64,000 nucleotides of DNA, from positions 35,924 to 99,923 of IMG/VR virus record IMGVR_UViG_3300019487_000019; one strand, written 5' to 3'. The notes under the pieces are model-generated. The model was not told the origin of the DNA and did no database searches. It was given only the letters and a program-made list of their open reading frames with translations. Each line of letters starts with the position of its first letter. Position 1 is the stretch's first letter. Of the stretch, positions 47,418 through 55,867 are shown piece after piece. Source of the stretch: a virus. The position numbers and the translations under genes were made by a program.

Positions 47418-47675
47418 TTGTGCTGAATTAGTTGCGACTTGTGCACTGACAACAGAAACTGCCTGGCTAACTATCGAAATTAGGTTTCTAATGGATGCGT
47501 GGTCGGCTGAATTTGCATTTGAAAGAACAGAAACAGCATTGCTTGCCGCATTGGCGACAGATAGTGCATTGGACGCAGCATTACTTACGGTATCAATACG
47601 TGTCGATAGGACGTTATCGGCACTGATACGGTTGCTAATTTCATTTGAAACAGCATTGCTGACAACGTTGACGGC

Positions 47676-48428
47676 TCACTGTCTGTTGCTAATTTCGTTT
47701 GATACGGCGCTTGAAACAGCGTTAATATTGGATTGCAAATTGGACCGAACGCTTGCCACCTCCGCCGAAACAATTGAAATGTTGTTGCTGTTAAAGTTGT
47801 CGGCGCTTGTCATCTGCGCGGAGTTGGCGACGACAGCCGAACTCAAGTTGCTTACAATGACCGATAATGCCTGAACAGCAGCTGATACAATCGAAATATT
47901 ATTCGAATTGAAGTTGTCTGCACTTGTCATCTGCGCCGAATTTGCGACAATTGCTGAATTCAAATTCGACGTGAACGACGAAACGATTGAGACTCTGTTG
48001 TTAATCGACGCGTGATCGGCCGAATTCTGATTGCTCAACACAGACACTGCTTGGCTAACGGCATTAATATTCGATGTTAGGTTAGACCTAACACTTGCTA
48101 CTTCAGCGGAGACAATCGAAATATTATTTGAATTGAAATTGTCCGCCGATGTCATTTGTGCTGAATTGGCAACAACGGCAGAATTGACATTGCTTACGTA
48201 CGCAGATAGTGCCTGGACCTCAGACCCTTCAGCAACACTTGTCCAAGAGCCATTGATGTACATCTCCATACATGATAGATCGGTATTGTAGCGCTGTGTG
48301 CCTTCAACAGGAGACGGAGGACGATCGGCCGTGGTTCCAGGAGGAAAAGCGACTCCCGCAGTTCCACCAACAGTTAGAACTGACACCGTTTGCGGCGTTA
48401 TCGTTTCTGTACCAAAATCAAAATCCAT
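47676..48428 (-). CDS. Proximal part (250 aa to the TGA) of the same fibre protein
   Basis: AAGGG RBS. GTTADRP...RYNTD..MEMY..GSW module followed by ANSAQMTSADN repeats. Confidence 0.75.
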   Translation of the reverse strand: MDFDFGTETITPQTVSVLTVGGTAGVAFPPGTTADRPPSPVEGTQRYNTDLSCMEMYINGSWTSVAEGSEVQALSAYVSNVNSAVVANSAQMTSADNFNSNNISIVSAEVASVRSNLTSNINAVSQAVSVLSNQNSADHASINNRVSIVSSFTSNLNSAIVANSAQMTSADNFNSNNISIVSAAVQALSVIVSNLSSAVVANSAQMTSADNFNSNNISIVSAEVASVRSNLQSNINAVSSAVSNEISNRQ

Positions 48429-48440
48429 TTTTCGCCCTTG

Positions 48441-50642
48441 TTAATTCGTTACGCGGGTCGCTGTTACTACGGCAACCCATCTAATAGTCTTAGCAGCTTG
48501 GCCTGTTGCCGAAAGCTTCAGTGCGCCATTCACCGTATCAGCTGCAATTGTTACGTCCCATGGTGAATCCGTTTCACCAACAATTGTCTTAGATGGTGTT
48601 CCACCAACGAAGACTGTTGAAGCTGCTGTTGTGTCCTTTTTAATCATGCCAACAAGTCGATAGCCAGCTGCACCACCCGTTGCGTCTGTGCGGCGGGCGG
48701 CAACAAGGATGTCAAATGTAAACGAACTATTGTTTGGAAGCACGATTCGCTGTGTACCGCCTGTACCATCTAAAAACATCTCCGTAATTGTTGCGTTTGT
48801 CGTTTGCGTGCGAAGCACAAACACCTGTTGTTGTGCATCACCATCTGTGGCAAAGCGACCATTTGCGATGGCCTTACTACCCCATATGTCAGCTGCGGAT
48901 CCATCGCCATTACCAAAACCGTTTGTTGCCGATGCAGTTGATCCACTACCAATCGCAACTGCATTCGTACCACTCGCCACCGGTGTTGTTTCCGCCGATG
49001 GATTCTCTTTATACAATCGCAAACCACTTGATACTGTTTGCCACGTGGGTGGGGTGCCTGCACCATTAGATGTAAGAACATAAGTCGCTGTTCCAGGCGT
49101 ACCTGCAAGATCCCACTCACCGTTTCCTGCAATTCTAAATCGTTCAATCGCATTTGTTGTAACAGCAAAGTATCCTGCTGTGCCACCTGCTGTTACAGTT
49201 ACATTTCCATCTGTGCCAGTGCCTGTTTTCGAACCCGCCGTGAGGCTAACCGAACCTCCACTACGATTTGTTCCAACACCGTTACTACCAGTCAATGTAA
49301 CGTTTCCGCCATTGCCGTCAACAGGTACTCCACCCGCAATTGCAACTGCTCCTGCGTTGCCAGATACCGTTCCACCGGCCCCACCAGTTATATTTACGGT
49401 TCCGCCCGTTCCTGTTGTACCACCGATGCCACCGAATACAGAAACACCGCCACCCGTACCAGAAGTGCCGGCTGTTCCACCATTTAATGTTGCTGCTCCG
49501 CCCGCGGTTGCGGCCGTAGAGGAGTTTCCGCCACGAAGCGTTATTGCTGATCCCGTCCCTGTGTCGGCACCTTGCAGTGTTGTGACACCGACATTAGTGA
49601 CGGTTAGAATATTATTGCCTTGAGCACGAATACGAATTGGATTTGCTGTTGATGCTGCAATTGTGCCTACATCCAACAGATACTGTGCACCTGCACCACC
49701 TGTTGATGCCGCATTTTCGCTAAACGTGAAGGCCGACTTAGCAGCAGTTGTTAATGCCCAATTCCACACCTGCTCAAAGTCACCATTGTTGATGCTGTTC
49801 GAGCCCGTTGCGGCGGTGATCGAGTTCAGAGGAACTGTTGTTGAAGATGCCGCCCATTTCAAACCAGACGCTTGTGTGCTGTCAGCCATCAAAACGAATC
49901 CGTCTGTACCAACAGGAAGACGAATATTATTGACGCCGTTGTGAGTTAGTAAGTCACCTTTGGTTGTTAGAGGCGACAAGTTGTTAAATGCTGTTAGTGC
50001 AGTAGTTGCACCCGTTCCACCGTTGGCAATTGCGATTGTTGTACCATTCCAAACGCCAGTTGTGATTGTTCCAAGAGTAGTGATTGATGTCTGACCAACA
50101 TATGTTGCATCAATGTCGATTGTTGGATCACCGGCAACACCAGAACCATTACTTACCGAAATGCGCGCTGCTGTGCCAACAATCGAACGTTGTGTCCACG
50201 TATCAGCAGCAGTTCGAACGGCAAAGCCTGTTCCTGCCAGACCTTCTAAAGCAGCAAGATCGTTTGCAAGTACGAAAGTTGGATTACCAGCAACACCGTC
50301 TGGATTGGTGATCGTGATACCTGCTGCTGGTGCTACTAATGTTCTTGTTGTCGAGGTTCCAGCACCGGTTATAACGTAGATACCAGTTGTAGCAGTTCCC
50401 GCGAGCGCAGTTAGATCTGCATCGAGTGGTTGAAATGGACCACCAAAGGCGGGTGCAGACCAATCGAAGTTTCCAGGCCCTGTTTTAAGCCAAAGAGCAC
50501 CCGTTGCACCAGCATCTTGTAAAAACAAGGAACCTTCGGCCGCCGCATATCCTGTAACAGACGGATCGTATGAATCTGTTACAATTACGGTGTTTTCGTC
50601 GAGTTGTAAACCCTTCAGAATACGAAAATAATCAAGCGCCAT
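48441..50642 (-). CDS. Tail fibre/appendage structural protein (733 aa)
   Basis: Shares the PAAG..I.N..GVAGNPTF.LANDLAALEGLA module with the 1074-aa fibre. Gly-rich GGxVxIxGG repeats. Preceded by TATAAATA. Confidence 0.8.
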   Translation of the reverse strand: MALDYFRILKGLQLDENTVIVTDSYDPSVTGYAAAEGSLFLQDAGATGALWLKTGPGNFDWSAPAFGGPFQPLDADLTALAGTATTGIYVITGAGTSTTRTLVAPAAGITITNPDGVAGNPTFVLANDLAALEGLAGTGFAVRTAADTWTQRSIVGTAARISVSNGSGVAGDPTIDIDATYVGQTSITTLGTITTGVWNGTTIAIANGGTGATTALTAFNNLSPLTTKGDLLTHNGVNNIRLPVGTDGFVLMADSTQASGLKWAASSTTVPLNSITAATGSNSINNGDFEQVWNWALTTAAKSAFTFSENAASTGGAGAQYLLDVGTIAASTANPIRIRAQGNNILTVTNVGVTTLQGADTGTGSAITLRGGNSSTAATAGGAATLNGGTAGTSGTGGGVSVFGGIGGTTGTGGTVNITGGAGGTVSGNAGAVAIAGGVPVDGNGGNVTLTGSNGVGTNRSGGSVSLTAGSKTGTGTDGNVTVTAGGTAGYFAVTTNAIERFRIAGNGEWDLAGTPGTATYVLTSNGAGTPPTWQTVSSGLRLYKENPSAETTPVASGTNAVAIGSGSTASATNGFGNGDGSAADIWGSKAIANGRFATDGDAQQQVFVLRTQTTNATITEMFLDGTGGTQRIVLPNNSSFTFDILVAARRTDATGGAAGYRLVGMIKKDTTAASTVFVGGTPSKTIVGETDSPWDVTIAADTVNGALKLSATGQAAKTIRWVAVVTATRVTN

Positions 50643-50665
50643 CGTGTTTCCTTAGAATATTCGCA

Positions 50666-50673
50666 TATTTATA
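50666..50673 (-). promoter_or_regulatory. T4-type late promoter TATAAATA
   Basis: Exact match 23 nt upstream of the 733-aa fibre start, overlapping the upstream stop codon. Confidence 0.7.
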
Positions 50674-51751
50674 GCCTTATCGGCAGTCTGACAGCGTCGA
50701 CTTGAACCGTGTTGGCGCCGGTGTTCGTTACTTGAAAACGGAAGTCTAGTCCCGAAACATCGAAAATAAGGGTATGGCTCAGAACCGTCCCGAGCAAACT
50801 ATATTGCGTATAAGTCGTTGCACCATTATTATGAACGGCAAAGACCTGATATTGTTCAGTCACGTTCGTTGTCAGATCCGTAACAGCAACTAACCACTTG
50901 ACGGCCCGATGTCCAAGCTGTGAAACATCGTCGATCACTTTCGTTACGGCTGGCATTACTGTTTCATTGATTGACTTAATCGACACCTCTGTACAATCAC
51001 AGTTTGTTTCATAGCAAGCCGTGACGGGCTTTCTTGTTATGTCGAGTGAAACGGGACTTGTTTCATTATTCAGAATGTTTAGTTCCATCATTTCGCCGTT
51101 TAGCGATACGCTTGGAATAATGTCAAGATAGTCGCCGGCTAGCGCATATGCATTGTTTGCCGACACAACACCATCACGGTGTGTAGCGTAGACTTCGATG
51201 ACCTTTCGAAGAGTATTTGTAACATCGTTAATTGAGATCAGCCATTTCACAGAACGGAATTGCGCTGTTACAGTATCAACGACCGCGGACGTACTCGCAC
51301 CCACAGCCGCATGAATGTCATCAATTGGAACAACGCCAAGTACGGGCATCGTAAGAACCGATTGTGAGATTGGTATTGGGATCGGTGTCATAAACACAGC
51401 AAGATCGACAAGCTCGTTGTTTGTGATTTCGAGCTGAAGTGCACCGGCTGCGATTGTCACATCTGCTAAAAAGTTGATCGTATCACCAAGATGGCTGTAT
51501 TCGACATGTGAAGGTGACGCACCGTTTTGATGTGTTCCAAAAACCTCAAATGCGCGGACGGCAGACAGGTCAAGCAACACAAGGGTAACTAACCATTTCA
51601 CGCCTCGAAAGTTCGCAGTTGCGGCCGTGTTAACAACTTTTGTCGTCGTGGCAGGAACTGTATCGCATGATTGTGCGGGGAGAATGGTATCAATTGCTTG
51701 TGAGGTGCTCGAGCACGGAGTAGCAACAGGATGGCCAACGATTACACTCAT
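50669..51751 (-). CDS. Probable virion protein made of three homologous ~115-aa beta domains
   Basis: Three copies of VKWL(V/I)...(E/Q)V(F/Y)..H...Y...G...l.l.itN. Late promoter core upstream. Confidence 0.7.
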   Translation of the reverse strand: MSVIVGHPVATPCSSTSQAIDTILPAQSCDTVPATTTKVVNTAATANFRGVKWLVTLVLLDLSAVRAFEVFGTHQNGASPSHVEYSHLGDTINFLADVTIAAGALQLEITNNELVDLAVFMTPIPIPISQSVLTMPVLGVVPIDDIHAAVGASTSAVVDTVTAQFRSVKWLISINDVTNTLRKVIEVYATHRDGVVSANNAYALAGDYLDIIPSVSLNGEMMELNILNNETSPVSLDITRKPVTACYETNCDCTEVSIKSINETVMPAVTKVIDDVSQLGHRAVKWLVAVTDLTTNVTEQYQVFAVHNNGATTYTQYSLLGTVLSHTLIFDVSGLDFRFQVTNTGANTVQVDAVRLPIRL

Positions 51752-51778
51752 GTTTGTCCTTATTTTCGGCGGGTTTAG

Positions 51779-51811
51779 TATTTATCACAGAAGTTTTCCA
51801 CCAAATAAATA
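51779..51811. promoter_or_regulatory. Back-to-back divergent late promoter cores (ATAAATA minus 51779-51785; plus 51805-51811)
   Basis: One core faces each of the two divergent operons. Confidence 0.65.
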
Positions 51812-51828
51812 CAAGATCAGGAGCAAAT

Positions 51829-52344
51829 ATGGCCACCAAAATCATCACTGTCTTTTTTACAGTTAATGGAGTTCCACAAACCGGTCTGACCCCCACGATT
51901 GATATATGGGAAGTTAGTCCAGACAGCCTTGTGATCAATGACGATCCACTTGTTGAGATTGGACAAGGATGGTATCGGTACAACTACACGTCCTACGACT
52001 ACGTTAAAAGCTATGTATTCACCGTCGACGGTGGGGTTGCGCTTACTGCTTGTGAAAGATACAAAGTTGGAGGTAATGAGAGTTTTGTCGAAGATATCTC
52101 TTACGAAGTATGGGAAGAACCCGCACTAGACCACACAACACTCGGCGCCAATCCAACAATGGGCGGTTATATGAATCTCATCAAGGCCGTTCTTGTTAAT
52201 CGAACACGAATAGATGTTGGTACGGCCACACTTACCGTATACGACAACGATTGTATCACGCCTTTGCTGGTTTTTGATTTGAAAGACAGCGCCGGTAATC
52301 CGAGTGTTGTAGAGGTGTGTGAGAGGACGCCCGACTTTTGTTAA
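51829..52344 (+). CDS. Probable virion protein, hypothetical
   Basis: Start MATKII with AGGAG RBS downstream of the late core; ORF track starts at 51754. Confidence 0.7.
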   Translation: MATKIITVFFTVNGVPQTGLTPTIDIWEVSPDSLVINDDPLVEIGQGWYRYNYTSYDYVKSYVFTVDGGVALTACERYKVGGNESFVEDISYEVWEEPALDHTTLGANPTMGGYMNLIKAVLVNRTRIDVGTATLTVYDNDCITPLLVFDLKDSAGNPSVVEVCERTPDFC

Positions 52345-52346
52345 TT

Positions 52347-53027
52347 ATGAACTACAGTAATCATTATAATTTACTCATTGCTTCCCGTCAGGCTTTTTAT
52401 CAGCAACGTTCTGCCGATAAGCGTGATAGAATTTATTACGAGCGACATCACATACTGCCTCGCTGCCATGGTGGCTCGAACAAAAAAGATAATCTTGTTC
52501 TATTAACAGCGCGCGAACATTACATTGCTCATTGGTTGTTGTGGAAGATTCATAAAGATAAACAAATGGCCTATTCTTTTTATTGTCTTTCCTATTCACA
52601 ACACGCTCGTAAGTTAACAAGCCGACAATGTGACAGATTACGGCGAATGCGTGCTGCTGCTTTTTCTGGTGAAAATAGCCCTCGCGGCTTCCTCGGCAAA
52701 AGACACACAGAACAGGCAAAAGAAGAAATGCGAAGAACAAAACTAGGAAAAAACAACCCCATGTATGGTCTTGGTGAACAACATCCTAACTGTAAGCGAA
52801 TTGGTGATAGGAACCCCAATTATGGCAAAGATCCTTGGCTCTGTCCACGTATTCTTAATCAACCTCAACTTGTAGCTTTGTGGAACCACCGTGAACAACT
52901 ATACATACAATGGAAGGATCTAGGCAAACCACATTGGTATAGGTTTGGTAAGACGGTGGTGAAAACCTTGCCTAACTTCACACCCCATAGTTTTCGTAAC
53001 ATGGTTCGTTGGTTTGAGAAGCGCTAA
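52347..53027 (+). mobile_element. Free-standing HNH homing endonuclease with NUMOD3-like motifs
   Basis: ERHHILPRCHGGSNKKDNLVLLTAREHYIAHWLL. GKRHTEQAKEEMRRTKLG. Confidence 0.88.
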
Positions 53028-53440
53028 TGGCTATCATTAATAATGCCAAGGGCTTGATCATTACAAATGGACTTGGCGGTCCAGCTTGTTGTGCTCTTTT
53101 GACTGCGGGCTTTGGAACTGGCCTTGTCTGTGGTTGTAAGTTTCAAGTCGAAATTGTTACAGGTGGTGGTCCTTACATTGCTGCCCCATACTTCTCACCG
53201 ATTGGTCAGAAACTTGATCAAGAGACCCGCCTTGTTCTTATTCGAGTTGTTTACGACAATGAAATTCGTTGGCGTAAACAGTATATCATCGATAAACCGA
53301 AAGCCGACATCCTTGTTGAGATCATTGGTTTCATCAACGCGATTAAAGACAAGACATCAATTCTCGTGCAGAACTTGAAACAAACTACCGCGAAAGTCAT
53401 TGCAACCTTTGTCGATAAATATCCGGATAAAAAGGACTAA
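53027..53440 (+). CDS. Hypothetical protein (137 aa)
   Basis: TAATG overlap with the HNH gene. Gly/Cys-rich N-terminus. Confidence 0.7.
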   Translation: MAIINNAKGLIITNGLGGPACCALLTAGFGTGLVCGCKFQVEIVTGGGPYIAAPYFSPIGQKLDQETRLVLIRVVYDNEIRWRKQYIIDKPKADILVEIIGFINAIKDKTSILVQNLKQTTAKVIATFVDKYPDKKD

Positions 53441-53443
53441 TCG

Positions 53444-53980
53444 ATGGACGCTCTTATTCGCGTAAACAATACAAAGGAATGTGAACTTGAATTTGATGTG
53501 ACGATTCAGGGTATCTCCGTTGATAGCCCAGAAAACGCAGCACAGGTTCGCCTCGTTATTACAAACGTTCATGGTGGCGACCTAGCGTTCAAATGTGAAC
53601 GCCGGGCAGACAGCACAACCAAGTGGTTTGTGAAACTTCCTCCACTTCCAATGTTGAGCAGCACCACAAACGCTCATGCGTTTCACATGGAAGTAATCAT
53701 CGACGGCTATTACTTTGAACCGGCTGCTGGGAATCTAATCCTTCTCAAAGATCCAGAAGTCAGTGTTTCAAATACTTCGAAACCCAAAGTGACGGCAAAT
53801 ATTCGCCAATCATCGCAAGAAGATCAAACAAGCGAGAAAGAAAAGAAGCAGGAAGATCCAGTAGACACCAAGGATGCTAAAGAGGACAAGAAAGATGAGA
53901 AGGTAGAGGAGCGTGCTGCCCAAGCCGCTGGCAATCTTGATGGCCAGTCTGCTCCAACGACGGCGCTTCTCACGCCATAA
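53444..53980 (+). CDS. Hypothetical protein, N-terminal part; frame continues past the TAA
   Basis: AAGGA RBS. Beta-rich N-domain then a charged linker. Same frame as 54014-54313. Confidence 0.7.
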   Translation: MDALIRVNNTKECELEFDVTIQGISVDSPENAAQVRLVITNVHGGDLAFKCERRADSTTKWFVKLPPLPMLSSTTNAHAFHMEVIIDGYYFEPAAGNLILLKDPEVSVSNTSKPKVTANIRQSSQEDQTSEKEKKQEDPVDTKDAKEDKKDEKVEERAAQAAGNLDGQSAPTTALLTP

Positions 53981-54013
53981 TTCCCTCCGGAAGATCCAGC
54001 TGGTGACGAGCGA

Positions 54014-54313
54014 ATGAAAAGTAAACATCGTCGTATGCCTGAGGATGAGCAAGTAAATCAATTTAAACTATTTAAGCGTACACCCCCAGAACAAGAAGAA
54101 CAACCGGAAGATCCAGAGGATATAGCGGAACGAGTTATCAAAGAAACACTTGGGAAAAATAAGAAGCCTGCAAAACCTGGCTTCTTATTCAAACACGTTG
54201 ACGGGAAACCCCTAATCGAAGGGCTTGAACCTGATCTTGAAACTAAACAAAAGCTGAATGAGAAGGCTCAGAAGGTGAAAGATCTGCTGAAACAGGATCG
54301 GAAGAAGCGTTAA
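54014..54313 (+). CDS. Hypothetical protein, probably the C-terminal part of the 53444 gene
   Basis: In frame with 53444-53980. Only TAA 53978-53980 separates them (LLTP*FPPEDPAGDERMKSK). Confidence 0.55.
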   Translation: MKSKHRRMPEDEQVNQFKLFKRTPPEQEEQPEDPEDIAERVIKETLGKNKKPAKPGFLFKHVDGKPLIEGLEPDLETKQKLNEKAQKVKDLLKQDRKKR

Positions 54314-54353
54314 CCTTTGCCCCTATAGAGCGTAAAAATTCGGAAGGAACCAA

Positions 54354-54782
54354 TCACGATTTCTTCAAGAAACGGCCGTACGCGCGAAGGGTTCGCTCGA
54401 GATCTTCTTTTGCAACTTTATACCGGTGGCTGACGCGTACAAATGATTCGTGTCCTGGAAATGTTGTCATCGAGATATGACCAATTTCATAAAGTTTAGT
54501 CAACGCCTCAATGATATCCATGTCCAGATTACGCCGGGCCAGCTGCCAAGCGGCATTTTCGATGTTTGGAAACGGCACTCCAACGACTGTACCGCCAGCT
54601 ACAAAGGGAGCGCCCGAAAGTGTTCCTGCTCGCCAGTTTCGATATTCGTTCGCCTTATGCACACCCACGTCTCGTAGATGAGTCATCTCGTCAATAAGAT
54701 CAAAGATACGGCCACGCAACCACTCTTTGTCTTGTGGCAATTTATTGCGCTCAACATATCGAACAACTTCGTTAATGTTCAT
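54354..54782 (-). CDS. Hypothetical protein (142 aa) with N-terminal I-x-E motif
   Basis: MNINEVV. ATGA overlap with the upstream gene. Confidence 0.65.
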   Translation of the reverse strand: MNINEVVRYVERNKLPQDKEWLRGRIFDLIDEMTHLRDVGVHKANEYRNWRAGTLSGAPFVAGGTVVGVPFPNIENAAWQLARRNLDMDIIEALTKLYEIGHISMTTFPGHESFVRVSHRYKVAKEDLERTLRAYGRFLKKS

Positions 54783-55330
54783 TTGACCATTCCATATCGT
54801 CGAAGTAGTTCAACAACTTTAATAAGATGGCGACAAACGCCTGGTACGTGTTGCGGATTGGCTGAATCTCGTGTTGATCCTGGTACGCGTTTGTACAGCG
54901 GCGGCTTCTTACCAAGTAAAGCATCGTCGTCGTAGTTGGTTTGAGCAAATCGATAGAAGAAGTCAAGACAATTGCACTTGACTTTACACGTGCTCATTGT
55001 CAAGTCGATAGGTTGCATATGTCGAACCTTACCATCAGATCCCGTAAACGAGGTACCACCTGCTGTTTCGTCGGGATCGTAAGCAACATCTAGAAACAGA
55101 ATTGATGGTGCATAGTCGTGAGTATTGCTACGGGCTTGTGCATTGACTTGCAGTCCACGAGCAACCGGAACATACTGCATTTTCGACACAGCAACTTCGT
55201 GGGTTGCATGCTCACGACGTTTGGTTGTTGGGAATCCTCGCTGAATTTCGCGATACAAGCCAGGATATGTTACGTCTTCGTTGAGGACTTTGAGGAGTCG
55301 TGCTCCTCTTATTGTTATTGACTTTGTCAT
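54779..55330 (-). CDS. SWIM-type zinc finger protein
   Basis: VKCNCLDF...GVCRHL fits the CxCx(n)CxH SWIM signature. Confidence 0.7.
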   Translation of the reverse strand: MTKSITIRGARLLKVLNEDVTYPGLYREIQRGFPTTKRREHATHEVAVSKMQYVPVARGLQVNAQARSNTHDYAPSILFLDVAYDPDETAGGTSFTGSDGKVRHMQPIDLTMSTCKVKCNCLDFFYRFAQTNYDDDALLGKKPPLYKRVPGSTRDSANPQHVPGVCRHLIKVVELLRRYGMVK

Positions 55331-55819
55331 TTACGCAGTGATTACCTCATCAAATTCGTCTTCTTCAGGACCTTTCAGCGAGAAGAATTGCTGGCGGACT
55401 GCACCAGCAGGAACATTCTTATCGCCACGTGTTTCTTGACGACGGATCAAAGTATCTAGGTCAACATTTGGAAAAGTGAGAGCGACCGTTTTGTAGCCGT
55501 TTGCTTTTGCTTGTTCGAGATACCAACGGCGCGTTTTTGGCGTTAGATTCGTGTTATCAACGTACAGGTCCCTCCCAGATTGAAGGGCCTTCACATACTC
55601 CTGACGCGCTTTGTTAGCAAATTCTTTATCGTCTTGGGAAGCTTGCCATGCTTTCGCATAGTCATTAGGGTCATACCATGCATGGCGAAGTGCATCCAAC
55701 GAAAACACTTGAAGATCAGGATGTTTTGTTAGGAGTTTCCTGTACATTGTCGATTTGCCTGCCCCCGAAGGTGCAATAGGCATGTATAATGTACGTTCCG
55801 CTATCTCGTTGAGCAACAT
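55331..55819 (-). CDS. P-loop kinase (AAA_33 / polynucleotide-kinase-like)
   Basis: IAPSGAGKST, SLDALR, YVDNTNL...RR and RQETR...VP motifs. N-terminal MLLNEIAE. Confidence 0.85.
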   Translation of the reverse strand: MLLNEIAERTLYMPIAPSGAGKSTMYRKLLTKHPDLQVFSLDALRHAWYDPNDYAKAWQASQDDKEFANKARQEYVKALQSGRDLYVDNTNLTPKTRRWYLEQAKANGYKTVALTFPNVDLDTLIRRQETRGDKNVPAGAVRQQFFSLKGPEEDEFDEVITA

Positions 55820-55821
55820 GG

Positions 55822-55867
55822 TAGCCCCAAATTGAATATTTAGCAGATTTTACGCGATTTAGGGCTA
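55822..55867 (-). promoter_or_regulatory. Late promoter core TAAATA (55837-55842) in the loop of an 11-bp RBS-sequestering hairpin
   Basis: TAGCCCTAAAT ... CTAAATA ... ATTTGGGGCTA-CC-ATG on the minus strand. Confidence 0.65.

Larger units (their letters stand above)
45360..48428 (-). other. Single 1022-codon fibre reading frame interrupted by one in-frame TGA at 47676-47678
   Basis: ORFs 47676-48428 and 45360-47417 are in the same frame. The 86 codons between them are stop-free and continue the same Ser/Ala/Asn/Val repeat. Confidence 0.85.

Noticed and set aside
47676-47678. Genome-wide stop-codon reassignment (TGA or TAA) as explanation for the in-frame stops
   Set aside because: TGA and TAA both end many genes at ATGA/TAATG overlaps, and the two interruptions use different codons.
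45840-48200. Repeats as a CRISPR array or DGR template/variable repeat
   Set aside because: The repeats are in-frame, degenerate at synonymous sites and lack unique spacers. No reverse transcriptase or adenine-specific mismatch pattern was seen.
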